A stretch of 64,000 bases of DNA from Malacoraja senta (Eukaryota). The notes below the pieces were generated by a model. The model had not been told where the DNA came from and searched no databases. It worked only from the letters and a program-made list of their open reading frames with translations. The stretch spans positions 14,138,001-14,202,000 of the forward strand of contig CM075988.1 of NCBI GenBank assembly GCA_038087875.1, given 5' to 3'. The position numbers were made by a program, and so were the translations under genes. Shown here piece after piece: positions 24,227 through 36,117 of the stretch (the stretch's first letter is position 1; each line of letters opens with the position of its first letter).

Positions 24227-26260
24227 TTCAAACCATAACCTGCAGTTTAAAATGCTGGAACACTGATTATCAAAAATCTGCAGATGCTGGAACTGTGAAA
24301 AAGAGTCATAGATTCACACTTGTCCCCATTTAACAACGTTCCATACACCCACCACCTTTGTGTAGAATTGTCACCCCTCGGGTTCCTATTAAATCTTTCC
24401 CCTCTCACCTTTAAAGCACTATTAAACCATTGAAGATTCCCATAAGTTTGTTTGATTGTTGGTCAGCGAAGAGGGAAGGGGACCACCATCTAAAGAATAA
24501 CTAGAAAGAAGCCATTGATATGGAGCTGGTGAGCAAATGGCAGAGAGACCTAATCCTGTGTTCCTGTGTCTTTAGATTTGTAGTAACCCAGTATTATGTT
24601 AAGGTAAGAGCCATGGTAATGCATTGAAAGACAAGAGCGAGCTCAACTAGGGGACGGGGTGGCCTTAAGCAAGGCAAGGGCGGGTCAGAATGGTAATACC
24701 AGTGAGATCGCTAGCTGGTCTCCGACCAACTTCTACAACAGCTACTGTCCCACTCCAAGGCAATTTAGCTTAAAGTTTCAGAATTATGTGGGAGCCCAGG
24801 TGGTACAGCAAGGTTGCATGCAAATCTTTCATCAGCCTCAAACAATGGAACCAAATGTATATCAGCGAGCAAAATGAAATGAGTGAGCTGTGATTAGATA
24901 TTTGTGACCAAGGTTACCAGAATACCTATAATTTGACACAAAGTCTCGTGGAAAGGTAAAGATAGAATGCCTGATCTGGAAAGTAATTGGTTGCGAGATA
25001 GTGGTTGTGCGGAGGGACTTGATTTGACTCAGGAATGATCAATACTGATGCTGTGGATCTAGTCAGTGGAAAAGAATTGGCCCGTGATTAACAGCAGCAT
25101 GTGGATTGCTCATGTGTTTTGACATTTGCCGTCCACATGGTAGCATGATGCATCAGTAGCAAAATGGCTGGAATTGAGCAGGGATTGTTTTTCCTTCCCA
25201 TCTCTCAAACTCTTCCTTATTTCTCTGTGGCTCGATCACTGGTGTCTATTCAGTCTGATTTGTGGGGATCTCCCTCAGTGCTTATCGTCTGCCAGTACAT
25301 CTGCGCCTCTCCCTATGGGCACACTACATTCCCTCCTTTCAATCCGTCAAAGTATTTAACCACGGCTCTGTGAAAGAATGACAGGTTGCACACAGCAACA
25401 AATTAAATTCTGTTGTTTCTAAATAAACAGAAAAGACAACTTGTGCCTGAAATACCGTTTTCCTTACATGTTGCATTGCTTCACTCTATTTCACTTCCAA
25501 ACACTTACCTAGTCACTGGCCGGATGCCAGCTGCAGTTTGCATCAGAAACATCACCATGCATGCTGGTGGAAATCAGTAACAATACAACAAAATTGATTA
25601 TCACCAGCTGCTAATTTAAGCCCACTTTCAACAAAAGCAACTTCCAATTCTGGAAATCAAAAATAGCAAGGAAGAATGTTGGGAAAAGGTATTTTCCCAT
25701 TTGATGCCGTCAACCAACAAATGTGGGGATAGAATCAGAGATAACATTTCAGGCCAATGTCCTCCCACTAGAACGTAAAGTTACCTCTCGGATTCTTAGC
25801 CTCAGGTTCAATTCTAGTCACAGCTTTACCACAGGGCCTGACATCAAGCCTAATCCTGATCCTGGATTCAACAATGATTTGGGAATGTATTTCTTCTTTC
25901 ATCACAGGTGTTGAATATAAGGCACTGAAGGATATATGTGCAGAACTCTAATGTGTAAAAAGAAGATAGACACAAAAAGCTGGAGTAACTCAGCGAGACA
26001 GGCAGCATCTGTGGAGAGAAGGAATGGGTGACTTTTCGGGTCGAGACCCTTCTCCAGACCAGTTAGGGAAAAGGGAAATGAGAGATATAGACGATGATGT
26101 ACAGAGATAATTACTAAAATTTGGCTCCATTAATTCAAAGAGAATTTTGGAACAAGAAGACAACATACAAATACAGTCAACCTATACCTTTAGGGCATGG
26201 CACTGTTGGTGAATTTCTGCCTACAAGTTCTTCAAATAAACAAGGTAATCTTTATATTGT

Positions 26261-26395
26261 GTAGGAAAGAACTGCAGATGTTGGTTTAAATTGAAGGTAG
26301 ACACAAAATGCTGGAGTAAGTCAGCGGGACAGGCCGCATCACTGGAGATAAGGAATGGGTGACGTTTTGGGTCGAGACCCTTCTTCAGACTCAAT
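26261..26395 (-). mobile_element. Solo Penelope pLTR with perfect 13-bp TSD
   Basis: atctttatattgt at 26248-26260 and 26396-26408. Another pLTR fragment lies at 25963-26110. Confidence 0.85.
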
Positions 26396-28859
26396 ATCTT
26401 TATATTGTCTGGTGTGGCATTTCCTTTTTAACTAACAATGCACACTTGAAAGACATCTGAGGAGTATATTTGTAAATTGTCCTTAATGTGTGTAGGATAG
26501 TGTTAGTGTGCGGGGATCGCTGGTCGGCACGGATTCTGTGGGCCGAAGGGCCTGTTTCCGTGCTGTATCACTAAACTAAACTAAATTGGAGGCACCACAG
26601 AAGGTTCAATCTGCAGATTATTATTTAGAGAAGGTACGCAGCTTAATTTCTCCATTGGCATTGGTTAGTGGAGCACTGGGTAACCTCTGAAGCATTGTGC
26701 TACAATGGTCTACTTAACAAATGGTGCTCCACCTTCATGCTTCAATCACAGTCAGTTCAGATTTTGGGGAAGTCATTGGTAAAACCTAGCGAACACTGAA
26801 ATATAATAAGGATTCACTAAGTCTGCTGTGTGGTACTCAGATTGATACTTGTAACTGACCAGAGGGACTCTGGACCAATTTATTTAACTGTCTTACACTA
26901 AGGTCTTTTTACCCAGAGTTGAATGCAATCAATATTAAGATACAGTGTAAATAAACAGGCTTCATGGAAGGAGCACAAATCTACATACTCAGCCCTCACT
27001 AACACCACACCTGCAAATCCTTGAAGTGTCTCCAGCTCCAATTCACACATATGCCATAGAAAAAGACATACTAACAATCCCCAATAAGCAAAGTGAGATT
27101 CAAATATTCTCTTCAAAGACTTTCCAGATATCATTTACATCTGCCCTCCACACTTCAAACTCCAGTTTGGTTCAGGTTCAGGTATGCACAGGATAAAGGT
27201 CAGTAGTAAAAGATATGAAAAATGAGATTATTAATTTGTACAGCATTTATATTTTATGGCGAGTGTGGGTACTATTGATCAGTTTGGAGATATGTCATGA
27301 GGCTGACAGTCTGAGCCAAAGTTCACCAGTGCAATCCAATGTTAATAAAAAAAAACTAAATTAGTTGATAGTAGTATTGTAGGTTATCACAAAGCTGAAC
27401 TTCAAACATGAAAACAGTCCTTGCTGCAGCTGTCTAGAAAATAAGGATGGGGCTATGTGGAAAAACAGAAATACATTACAGCGTATGAATGAAAGTCTAA
27501 TTTATGTATCAAATGCCAAAGAGAGTAAAAACTAAACTAAATTAGAGGCACTAGAGGTAATGGCAGACTTGAATTCTAACCAAAGATTAGTGAAAGAAGG
27601 AGGATGAGATCATCACGAGTAGTATTAGTATGGATGGAGTGCTGGAAGTGCTGGAAGAACTGAGCAGGTCAGACAACATCTGTGGAAGGAACAGATGGCA
27701 TTTTGGGATGGGACCCATCTTCAGACGTCTGAAGAAGAGTCTTGACCTGACACGTCACCTGTCCATTCCCTTACAGATGGTACCTGACCCAATGAATTCC
27801 TCCAGAACTTTGTGTTTTGCTCAATGGGGAAACCCCACAGTTTAGAAACTTTAGAGGCTTCTGCCACTGAAGCCTCAGGTGCTGGAGCCTGCCTACAAAC
27901 CTTTCAAACTTATTGCTTCTGGGAAAACAGATGGCATGTTGCCATGGTACAGATACTATAAGCAAATTAGTGACATGCTTTGTTCAATGGAATGTGATAG
28001 ATGAACAAATAAGATTTATTTTTGGTAAAATATAGAGTAACACTTAAATCCACAACCATCTTGTCATAAAGAGTGGAAAATAATAAAGCTGAGTGAAAGC
28101 AAATAATGCAATATATATTTAGCATCTTAACTATCTTAAATAGACATCTTTTCACTTTTAAATGCCAATGTTTTCCAATGCTGATACAAGATTATAGAAA
28201 CAAGGTAGACAAAAATGCTGGAGAAACTCAGCGGGTGAGGCAGCATCTATGGAGCGAAGGAAATAGGCAACATATCGGGCCAAAACCCTTCTTCGGACTG
28301 CTGCAGTTCCTTCTTAAACATTATAAAAGCAAGGTTTATTCGAGTCAAAATCACATGTAAAATTGTCGCCTTGATCGAGCAGATAAAATGAATCAAACAA
28401 TTCAGGAAAGCCTCCTGTGTTTGAGTGCCTTTACTTGTATCTTAGAATTGTAAAGACCAGCTTTGAGCCATTAACAGCACTTTGCCATCAGGCTGCTGTT
28501 AGGTGGTAATCATACAAATACAAAGAGGCAGTCTGGAGTTCTTCAGGTTTAGAATCAACATGACAACATAATGGGTTGAATCTCCAATTTTCTCTGATGT
28601 GTATATTACAGAGACAGCACTTCATACAAATATATTTTTCAGCACAGCGGTGTCAATGCCAACAAATTTCATATAATGGCAAAATATTCTGGTAGTTTTC
28701 AGTACAGTTCTTACTTCTTGAAATCTTTGATCTCACAGCTTTTGGGGTTAGATTTTATTGAATGCTACTTTCCACAACAGAATATCATGGTAGATCCAAC
28801 AAAGAATAATAAAATGGAACTGAAAAAAATGCAACATATCTTGTTGCTTAGAGCTCTAG

Positions 28860-29225
28860 ATTTATAGAGATGTATAAAATCATGAGAGGAATAGACTGGG
28901 TAAATGCACAGAGTCTCTTGCCCAGAGAAGGCAAATCAAGGACCAGAGGACATAGGTTTAAGGTGAAGGGGAAAAGATTTAATAGGAATCTAACCTTTTC
29001 ACACAAAGGGTGGTGGGTGTATGGAACAAGCTGCCAGAGGAGCTAGTTGAGGCAACATTATCCCAACATTTAAGAAACAGTTAGACAGGTACATGGATAG
29101 GACAGGTTTGGAGGGATAAGGACCAAACGCAGGCAGGTGGAACTGGTGTAGCTGGAACATGTTGGCTGGTGTGGGCAAGTTGGGCTGAAGGGCCTGATTC
29201 CACGCTGTACCAGTCTATGACTCTA
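28860..29225 (+). mobile_element. CR1 LINE 3' end
   Basis: tttaaggtgaaggggaaaagattt, ttcacacaaagggtggtgggtgtatggaac, gggctgaagggcctg..ctatgactct. Confidence 0.85.
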
Positions 29226-29936
29226 AAATGTCCAATTGAAATAGTTAAATAATGTTGAATCATAAAAATCTACAACTGTGGTAGAGGCCATTTAGCACAA
29301 TATTTTTGTTATTGTCGCGTACTGAGTTGCACTGAAAAACTTTTTTTCCTGCTCCCCAATCAATCATTTAATACTAGACATAAATATATTCAAGTCAAAA
29401 TCAAGTACAATAGATATGGCAAAGGAAATGATACAACTCTCAGCATTGTAGCGCACCAATCCCAGAGATAAACTCCAATGCTCACAATGGGGTAGACGTG
29501 AATTGGACAGTACCCTGGTTTATGGAAGGATCGTTCAGAAGCCTGATGACAGAGAGAAGATGCTGTTGCTGATTCTGATGGTGTGTGGTTTTAAGCTTTT
29601 GTATGGGTAAAAAAAAGGACACAAAGTGCTGGAGTAACTCAGTGGGTCAGGCCCCATTTCTGGGGAACATGAATAGGTGACGTTTCAGGTCTGAACATTC
29701 TTCAGACACTGAAGATGGGTCCTGACATGAAACATCACATATCCATGTTCTCCAGAGATGCTGGAGAACATGGATGCAGGTTTCTACTGCAATTACCCTC
29801 CCAAGCAGAGAGTTCCTGACCACATCACAATTAAATGATTCCCTTTGGCTTAAATACTTTCCGGCCTTCCACCAATTACCAGAAATCTACATCCCCGAAA
29901 ATTGACTTCTGTGCTAAGAAAAATTAATTCTTCCGG

Positions 29937-30262
29937 AGGCACAGTGGAGCAGTGGTAGAGTTGCTGCCTTACAGCGCTTGCAGCAGCAGAGATACGAGTG
30001 GGTTTTGATCCCCATTATGGGTGCTGTCTGTATGGAGGTTATACGTTTTTCCCGTGACCCCGCTGGTTTTCTCCAAGATCTTTGGTTTCCTCCCACACTC
30101 CAAAGGTTTGTAGGTTAATGGGGTTGGTATATATGTAAAATTGTCCCTCGTGTGTGTAGGATAGTCCTAATGAGCAGGGTTTGCTGGTCGGTGCGGACTC
30201 GGTGGGCCGAAGGGCCTGTTTCCCTGCTGTATCTTTAAACTAAACCAAAAACTAAACTAAAA
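29937..30262 (+). mobile_element. Full-length HE1 V-SINE
   Basis: tRNA-like head, V-domain, CR1-like tail and (TAAAC)n. Confidence 0.88.
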
Positions 30263-30720
30263 ACCTACATAGTCATTTCATACATCTCAATTAAATACTC
30301 TTCAAATACTAAATCATCTTTTGCTCCAACAAAAAAACCTTGGCCTGCCCACCATCATGAAGATACTTCTGAAGTCCTGATGAATCAATCTCCTCTATCA
30401 TCTCTGCTGCTCCCATAGCCACCCTATAACCCAGTGACCACATCCACGTTGAAATTCCTTCTCTTATATTCCATGCCTCAGCCGATAAAGCTCACCTTAT
30501 CAACTGGCATGTTACAGTACCTCCTGGAATCTGTGGACACGTGTTCCACAATATTTGGATCCCTATAAAATGGAATTTAACAGGACCTGATTACAAAACT
30601 CGAGAGCTAATTATTCAAGGCAGTGAGACTGGGCTGAAAATGTATCACTACGGTATGAAATTCAACGCTAGTTTTAAAAATGCCACCATGAATGCAATTC
30701 AGAATTAAAGTGAAAGTTAC

Positions 30721-30838
30721 CTTGAACCACCAAGCGAGATGTGTGGACGGCCTCTCCCTGAATACTGTAAGCTCGGCAGGTGTAAGGACCACGGTCACTT
30801 CGGCCCACTGAGGAAACGGTAAGACTTCCATCACTCAC
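30721..30838 (-). CDS. IGSF9B: Internal coding exon (118 bp) of IGSF9B, C-terminal half of the second Ig domain
   Basis: Minus strand tttatcttcctcag|GTG AGT GAT GGA...GTT CAA G|gtaact. Translates VSDGSLTVSSVGRSDRGPYTCRAYSIQGEAVHTSRLVVQ(G), with the Ig DxGxYxC motif, and splices in frame to the 2071-1930 exon. Confidence 0.93.
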
Positions 30839-31309
30839 CTGAGGAAGATAAACAGTTTTGCATTTTAGGCTGCTGATAGTAAAGAGACAATATGTTTTTT
30901 GATATGTTTCCTGCTATCACTGTTAAAACACATTTAGCAATTAAAAACTTATGCAAGAATCCAGCAGGAAATATGTGCAAAAAAAAGGCAGGAGGTTATG
31001 ATACTCTGATACAGTGGAATCATAATTTTAGAACCTTACAGTACAAAAGGAAGATATTTGGTCCATATGCTTGTATTGTCCTTTAAAAGACTTTAGCCAT
31101 TTCTTCCCCTTTTTCATTCTGTTTTACTATAGAACTGATTTGCTTTTTTTTTTTTGAAACCATGTTAAATTTTATTTTTGGAAGTTATCATCGAATCTGC
31201 ATTCACCACTCATTCAGGTACAGCAATCAAACCATCATATGTATTCAGTCACCGTACCCAGCTTCAAACAGAATGGTTTTCTTCATTCCTCAGCTCATTC
31301 TACTCTCTC

Positions 31310-31880
31310 CTTCCTTAGAAGGCTTAGGAAAGTTTGGCATGTCCCCTCCAACTCTCACCAACTTCTATCAGGATGCGTCACAGCTTGGTTTTAGGAACAG
31401 CTCCATCCAAGACATCTAGAAATTGCAGCAAATTGTGGCGCAGCAAGACCATCACCACAAACCAATCTCCCTTCTATTGACTCCATTTTTACCTCACGCT
31501 GTCTTGGCAAGGCCAGCAAAATAATCAAGGATAGGTCACACCCTGGCCACTCCCTCTTCTTCACTCTCCCATCAGGCAAAAGGTATGGAAGTGTGAAAAT
31601 GCACACCACCAGATTCGGGGACAGTTTCTTCTCAGCTGTTATCAGGCAACTGAATCTGCTTTCTACCTCTTTTGGTGACCCTCGGACTACCCTGATGTGA
31701 CTTTGCTGGGTTTACCTTATACTAAATGTTATTTCCTTATCATGTATCTACAGTACATCACTGTAAATGGATCGACTGTAATCATGTATAGTCTTTCTGC
31801 TGGCTGGTTGCATGCAACAAAAAAGCTTATCGCTGTACCTCGGTACATGTGACAATAAACTAAACTGAAACTGAAACTGA
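31310..31880 (+). mobile_element. Rex1/Babar LINE 3' fragment with (AAACTG)n tail
   Basis: LGKFGMSPPTLTNFY-type peptide, ccctggccactccctcttct..ccatcaggcaaaagg, tgtacctcggtaca stem-loop. Confidence 0.8.
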
Positions 31881-32564
31881 CACTCATTTGCTAATCGACA
31901 TCTTGTTATCCATCCTCAGGATAAATCCTAAAAGAAGTCACTGGTGAACACCACTAGCAAATTTGGAGTTTTCTCTGTGCACACAGCAGCCGCAAGATTC
32001 CTGATGGTTACTTTAAGGAAGCGAAGTTACTGAAAAGCTCAGAAATTCCTTGTGGGAGATTCATCATCAATTTGTCCTTCCACATTCAATGAATTATGTA
32101 CAGATGTCCCCAAATCTCTTTCTGCTGCACCCTTCCTCAGACTGATTATAGCAGGGGGAGAAAGCTGGAAGAGAGATTGGGGCAGGCCAAAGCCCAGCAA
32201 GTGATCCACTAAGCCTGGCCAGTGTTCCACCACTACGCCATGGAAAGGTGTTCTCCAGAGATGCTGCCCGACCCACTCCAGAACCTTATTTAGTTCATAC
32301 TGTATAATCCGTCATGGTTCATTCCTTTAAAAGCAACACAAAGTGTTTGCATTGTGCAACAGAAACTGATTAATGCCAAAGTTGCAAATGATTCTCAATA
32401 ACGAGGCAATTATGTCACAAATAAATTGAATATGGAAATAGACAAGAGAAATATAGTTTGTTTAAAGTGCAGCTAATCAAAACTCTATATCTATGCAAGT
32501 CAATTGAAGCGACATTAATTCACTCAGGATTGTCAACTCCCCTTCGCTTGGCAGAAGCGCTATT

Positions 32565-33122
32565 TAGTTTTGTTTAGTTTAACTTAGATCTACAGCATGG
32601 AAACAGGCCCTACAGCCCATCGAGTCTATGCCGATCTTCGATCATCCGTCAACACTGGTTCTATCAAAGATAGACACAAAATGCTGGAGTAACTCAGTGG
32701 GACGGCAGCTTCTCTGGAGAGAAGGAATGGGTGACGTTTCAGGTCGATCCCCTTCTTCAGACTGGCCGAAACATCCCCCATGATGTTTGGACCCATTCCA
32801 TCTCTCCAGAGATGCTGCCGTCCCGCTGAGTTACTCCAGCATTTTGTGCCTATCTTCGATTTAACCCAGCATCTGCAGTTCTATTCAACACTAGTTCTAT
32901 GTTATCCCACAGCCTATACATTAGGGGCAACTTTATAGAGGTCAATTAACCTACAAATCTGCAAATCTTTGGGATGTGGAAGGAAACCGGAGCATCCAAA
33001 GGAAACCCACACAATCACGGGTAGAATGTGCAAATTCCACAGACAGCACCCGAGGTCGGGATCGAACCTGTATCTCCGGCTTTGTGAGGCAGCACCTCTA
33101 CCAGCTGCGCCACTGTGCCACC
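32565..33122 (-). mobile_element. HE1 V-SINE interrupted by an inverted pLTR pair (32665-32884)
   Basis: Insert TSD tcaacactggttctat (32649-32664) / tcaacactagttctat (32885-32900). Confidence 0.85.
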
Positions 33123-34314
33123 TATTGAAGATTGCAATCTCTTACCTCAAAACCAGAACCTATTATGTGCTGATATGGTAGTGCTATTTAGTCTCTTTCT
33201 GCTTTGGACAAGAGTAAAGGATGACACTACAAAGTTAGGATATTCCCCAGTGAGTAGCAAAGCCCCCTGTGTGAAGTAATGGCCTTGCAGACTTAATCGA
33301 AGGATCTCTCCCTCACTATGAATGCTGTGAAAAAGAGCATGACATTGAACATGATGTTGCTACTTGCCAATCCCCCTGGGCACACAATCTGGGGCAGTTA
33401 GAATATGTGAAGAGAATGAACACTTCACTCAACATCAGCAAACTTTAAAAAAAAATAAGGAAGGTAAAATCCAAGGTTTGGAATTTTGAATTTTCATTAT
33501 CTTCTATATTTAGTGAAATAAATATTAAAGACCTAAGAATTAGGGAGGTTTGTTTTTTTCCCCAATTTCAAGCCAAAACAGACAAAGCAATTTATAGAAC
33601 AGGAAGGACTGGCTAACAAAGTGAGGAAGCACAAACAGAATTGAATAATTCACAGGTATCAGAGCGGTGATACGAATCTGCTAGACCATCAGAACAAACA
33701 AAACGCTGAAACAGCATTTCCACGTCAGCATACAGCAATGTCATCGAGGCAATAAGCGATCTGATTGCAAAAATAATGAATAGATTTAGATCTGCTCACA
33801 CGCTTTCTTTGGGAATTTAGATTTCTTAAGATACCAGCCAAAAAGAATCGATAATTTGCTCAAAATAGAAGACAATAAAAATGCAAAATTTCCAACCTTG
33901 GATTGCACCTTCCTGATCGTTTGCCAGCTTTGCATGGAAGGACATGTTGATATCCGGTCATTAACCATCCATGTTATGAAGGAACATGCTTGCCTTCATT
34001 CACAAAGTTAATGGGGTAAAATGCCATATTACGGTCTTCATCAGACCTCAGAGAGGTATCCATTCTCTTCACAAAGGCTAATTACCTCAGATTGCGTGCC
34101 TACTGAGATCAATAAATAACATTTTTTGCTTTTGGCATCTTTATCACCACATGCATTGTGAAGGTTCAAACACAGATTTTGATTCTCAGTTCACCAATGA
34201 ACATAATTTGTACGAGTGCCAAAGACAATTCCTGGATGATTCCTGAATGGCTATAACAGGCATCAACTGCAACTTCATTTAAATCTAGAATGATCTGATG
34301 GAGGAAAGTAGATT

Positions 34315-34633
34315 TGACTTTAGTTTAGTTTAGTTTAGTTTAGAGATACGGCACGGGAACGGGCCCTTCAACCCATCGAGTCCACGCCGACCAGCGATCC
34401 CTGAGCACTAGCACTATCACATTACGGACAATTTACTATCTTTACCGAAGCCAGTTAACCTACAAACCTGTACGTCTTTGGAATGTGGGAGGAAACTGGA
34501 GCACCTGGGGAAAACCCACACAGTCACAGGGAGAAAGTACAAACTCCGTACAGACAGCACCTGTAGTCTGGATCGAACCCAGGACTCTGGCGCTGTAAGG
34601 CAGTAAATCTATGGCTGCGGCACTGTGCCACCC
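34315..34633 (-). mobile_element. Full-length HE1 V-SINE
   Basis: (TTTAG)n, gggcccttcaacccatcgagtcc, tttggaatgtgggaggaaac, ggatcgaaccc. Confidence 0.88.
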
Positions 34634-34904
34634 GTTATTATTCAGAATTTCACTGCATTGGGCAATTATTTTAAAGGAATGAGCTTCTGGAAAGACTGAA
34701 GCCTCTTTCTCTTCATCATCTAGATGCCGCAATAGATTCAGATTATTAAGGTTATTTTTATTGATTAATACAACAGCTGGTTGGACATCTGGAAAGCATT
34801 ACAGGTTACAAGGTGAACATTAAAAAAGGATGATTAAATAATCCATGAAACTGCGGGTTTGTCTTTTGGTGGACAGCCAACCAAGCTGGAAAGGCATATA
34901 TATG

Positions 34905-35485
34905 CATACTTCATCAGTCAGGGAGCTGATGTTGGGATATCATATTGTAGCTGTATTAAGCTTTGATTAGGCCATATTTGGAGCATTGTGTGTAGTTCTG
35001 GTCACAGCGTCACAGGAAGGATGTGAAGGCTGTAGAGAGGGTGCAGAAGTGATTCACCAAAATATTAACTGGATTAGTAAGTATAAGTAGAGGTGGACAA
35101 CCTTAGATTGTTTACTCTGGAACATCGACAGCTGAAAAATAAAACTACGAGAGACACAGAATCTTTATCACAGGGTTGAAATGCCAAATGCTAGAGGGTT
35201 TAGCTTTTAAGGTGAGAGGTGAAATGTTTAAGGTACAATACGAGGCAAGGTTTTTACACAGAGAGTGGGAGGTGCCTAGAAGGGGCTGCCGGGGGAGACG
35301 TTGGAAGCAGATGTGACAGCAATATTTAAGAAGCATTTAGGGAGACACATGAATAGGCTAGAAAATTGAGGGATATAGACCATGTGCAGGTAGATATGCA
35401 GTTAACATTGACATCACGGTCAGCACAGATGTCATGGGCTGAAGGGCCTGTTGCAGTGTTGTACAGTTCTATGTTTTATGTTCTA
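34905..35485 (+). mobile_element. Degraded CR1 LINE 3' part
   Basis: ggagcattgtgtgtagttctggtc (EHCVxFWS), tttaaggtgagagg, gggctgaagggcctg..ttctatgt tail. Confidence 0.8.
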
Positions 35486-35672
35486 CTAAGAAGGCAATTA
35501 ATCTAGTATTTTTACTTGATTAACTTTGTGAATCATGGAAAGCATTTTTATTCCTATCATCGTTCGACTGAGTTAGAGGTCACGATGGGCTTTCTTCATA
35601 CGTGCGCTCCAGTGATGTGTGGTGAGGTCAATGACTGGGGAGGCACTGGCTTCTACCCCATCCTAACTTAGT

Positions 35673-35967
35673 TGTGTGTGTGTGTGTGTGTGTGTGTGTT
35701 AGTTGTCTGTGCGTGATGTGTCTGGGAGGAAAGGAGAGAAGGGAGGGAGGGAGAGAAGGGAGGGAGGGAGGGAGAGAAGGGAGGAAGGGAGGGAGGGAAG
35801 TAGAGAAAGAAGGGAGGGAGGGAAGGAGAGAAAGGAGGGAGGGAAGGAGAGAAAGGAGGGAAGGAGAGAAGGGAAAAGAGAGAGAGGAAGGAGGGAGGGA
35901 AGGAGAGAAGGGAGGGAGGGAAGAAGGGAAGGGAGGGAGGGAAGGGAAGGAGAGAAGGGAGGGAGAG
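35673..35967. repeat. (TG)n microsatellite followed by a ~240-bp polypurine GGGA/GAGAA tract
   Basis: Direct reading; explains the E/G/R/K-rich and S/L/P-rich ORFs. Confidence 0.9.
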
Positions 35968-36092
35968 GACCGGCGGCTGGAGTGGATGCCGGGGTCCTGA
36001 GCTGAGAGTAGATTACTCCAGCGTGGGGCCCAATTGGGAGCTCTCAGCGGCCCAGAGCCTCCGAATCGACCGCTACAAATCAACGAATCAAC

Positions 36093-36117
36093 CAAAGATA
36101 CTAGAGGAGTATCTTTG
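36093..36117. mobile_element. 25-bp palindromic micro-insertion with perfect 8-bp TSD
   Basis: gaatcaac[caaagatactagaggagtatctttg]gaatcaac. Confidence 0.85.

Larger units (their letters stand above)
2072..30720 (-). other. IGSF9B: GT-AG intron (28,649 bp, phase 1) between the two IGSF9B exons
   Basis: Donor gtaact at 30720 and acceptor ttctag at 2072; the joined reading VVQ-G-PPF is continuous Ig2-Ig3 sequence. Confidence 0.85.

Noticed and set aside
30071..30086. ccaagatctttgg as a fourth micro-insertion
   Set aside because: It is a point-mutated version of the normal HE1 sequence ccgagatcttcgg and has no TSD.
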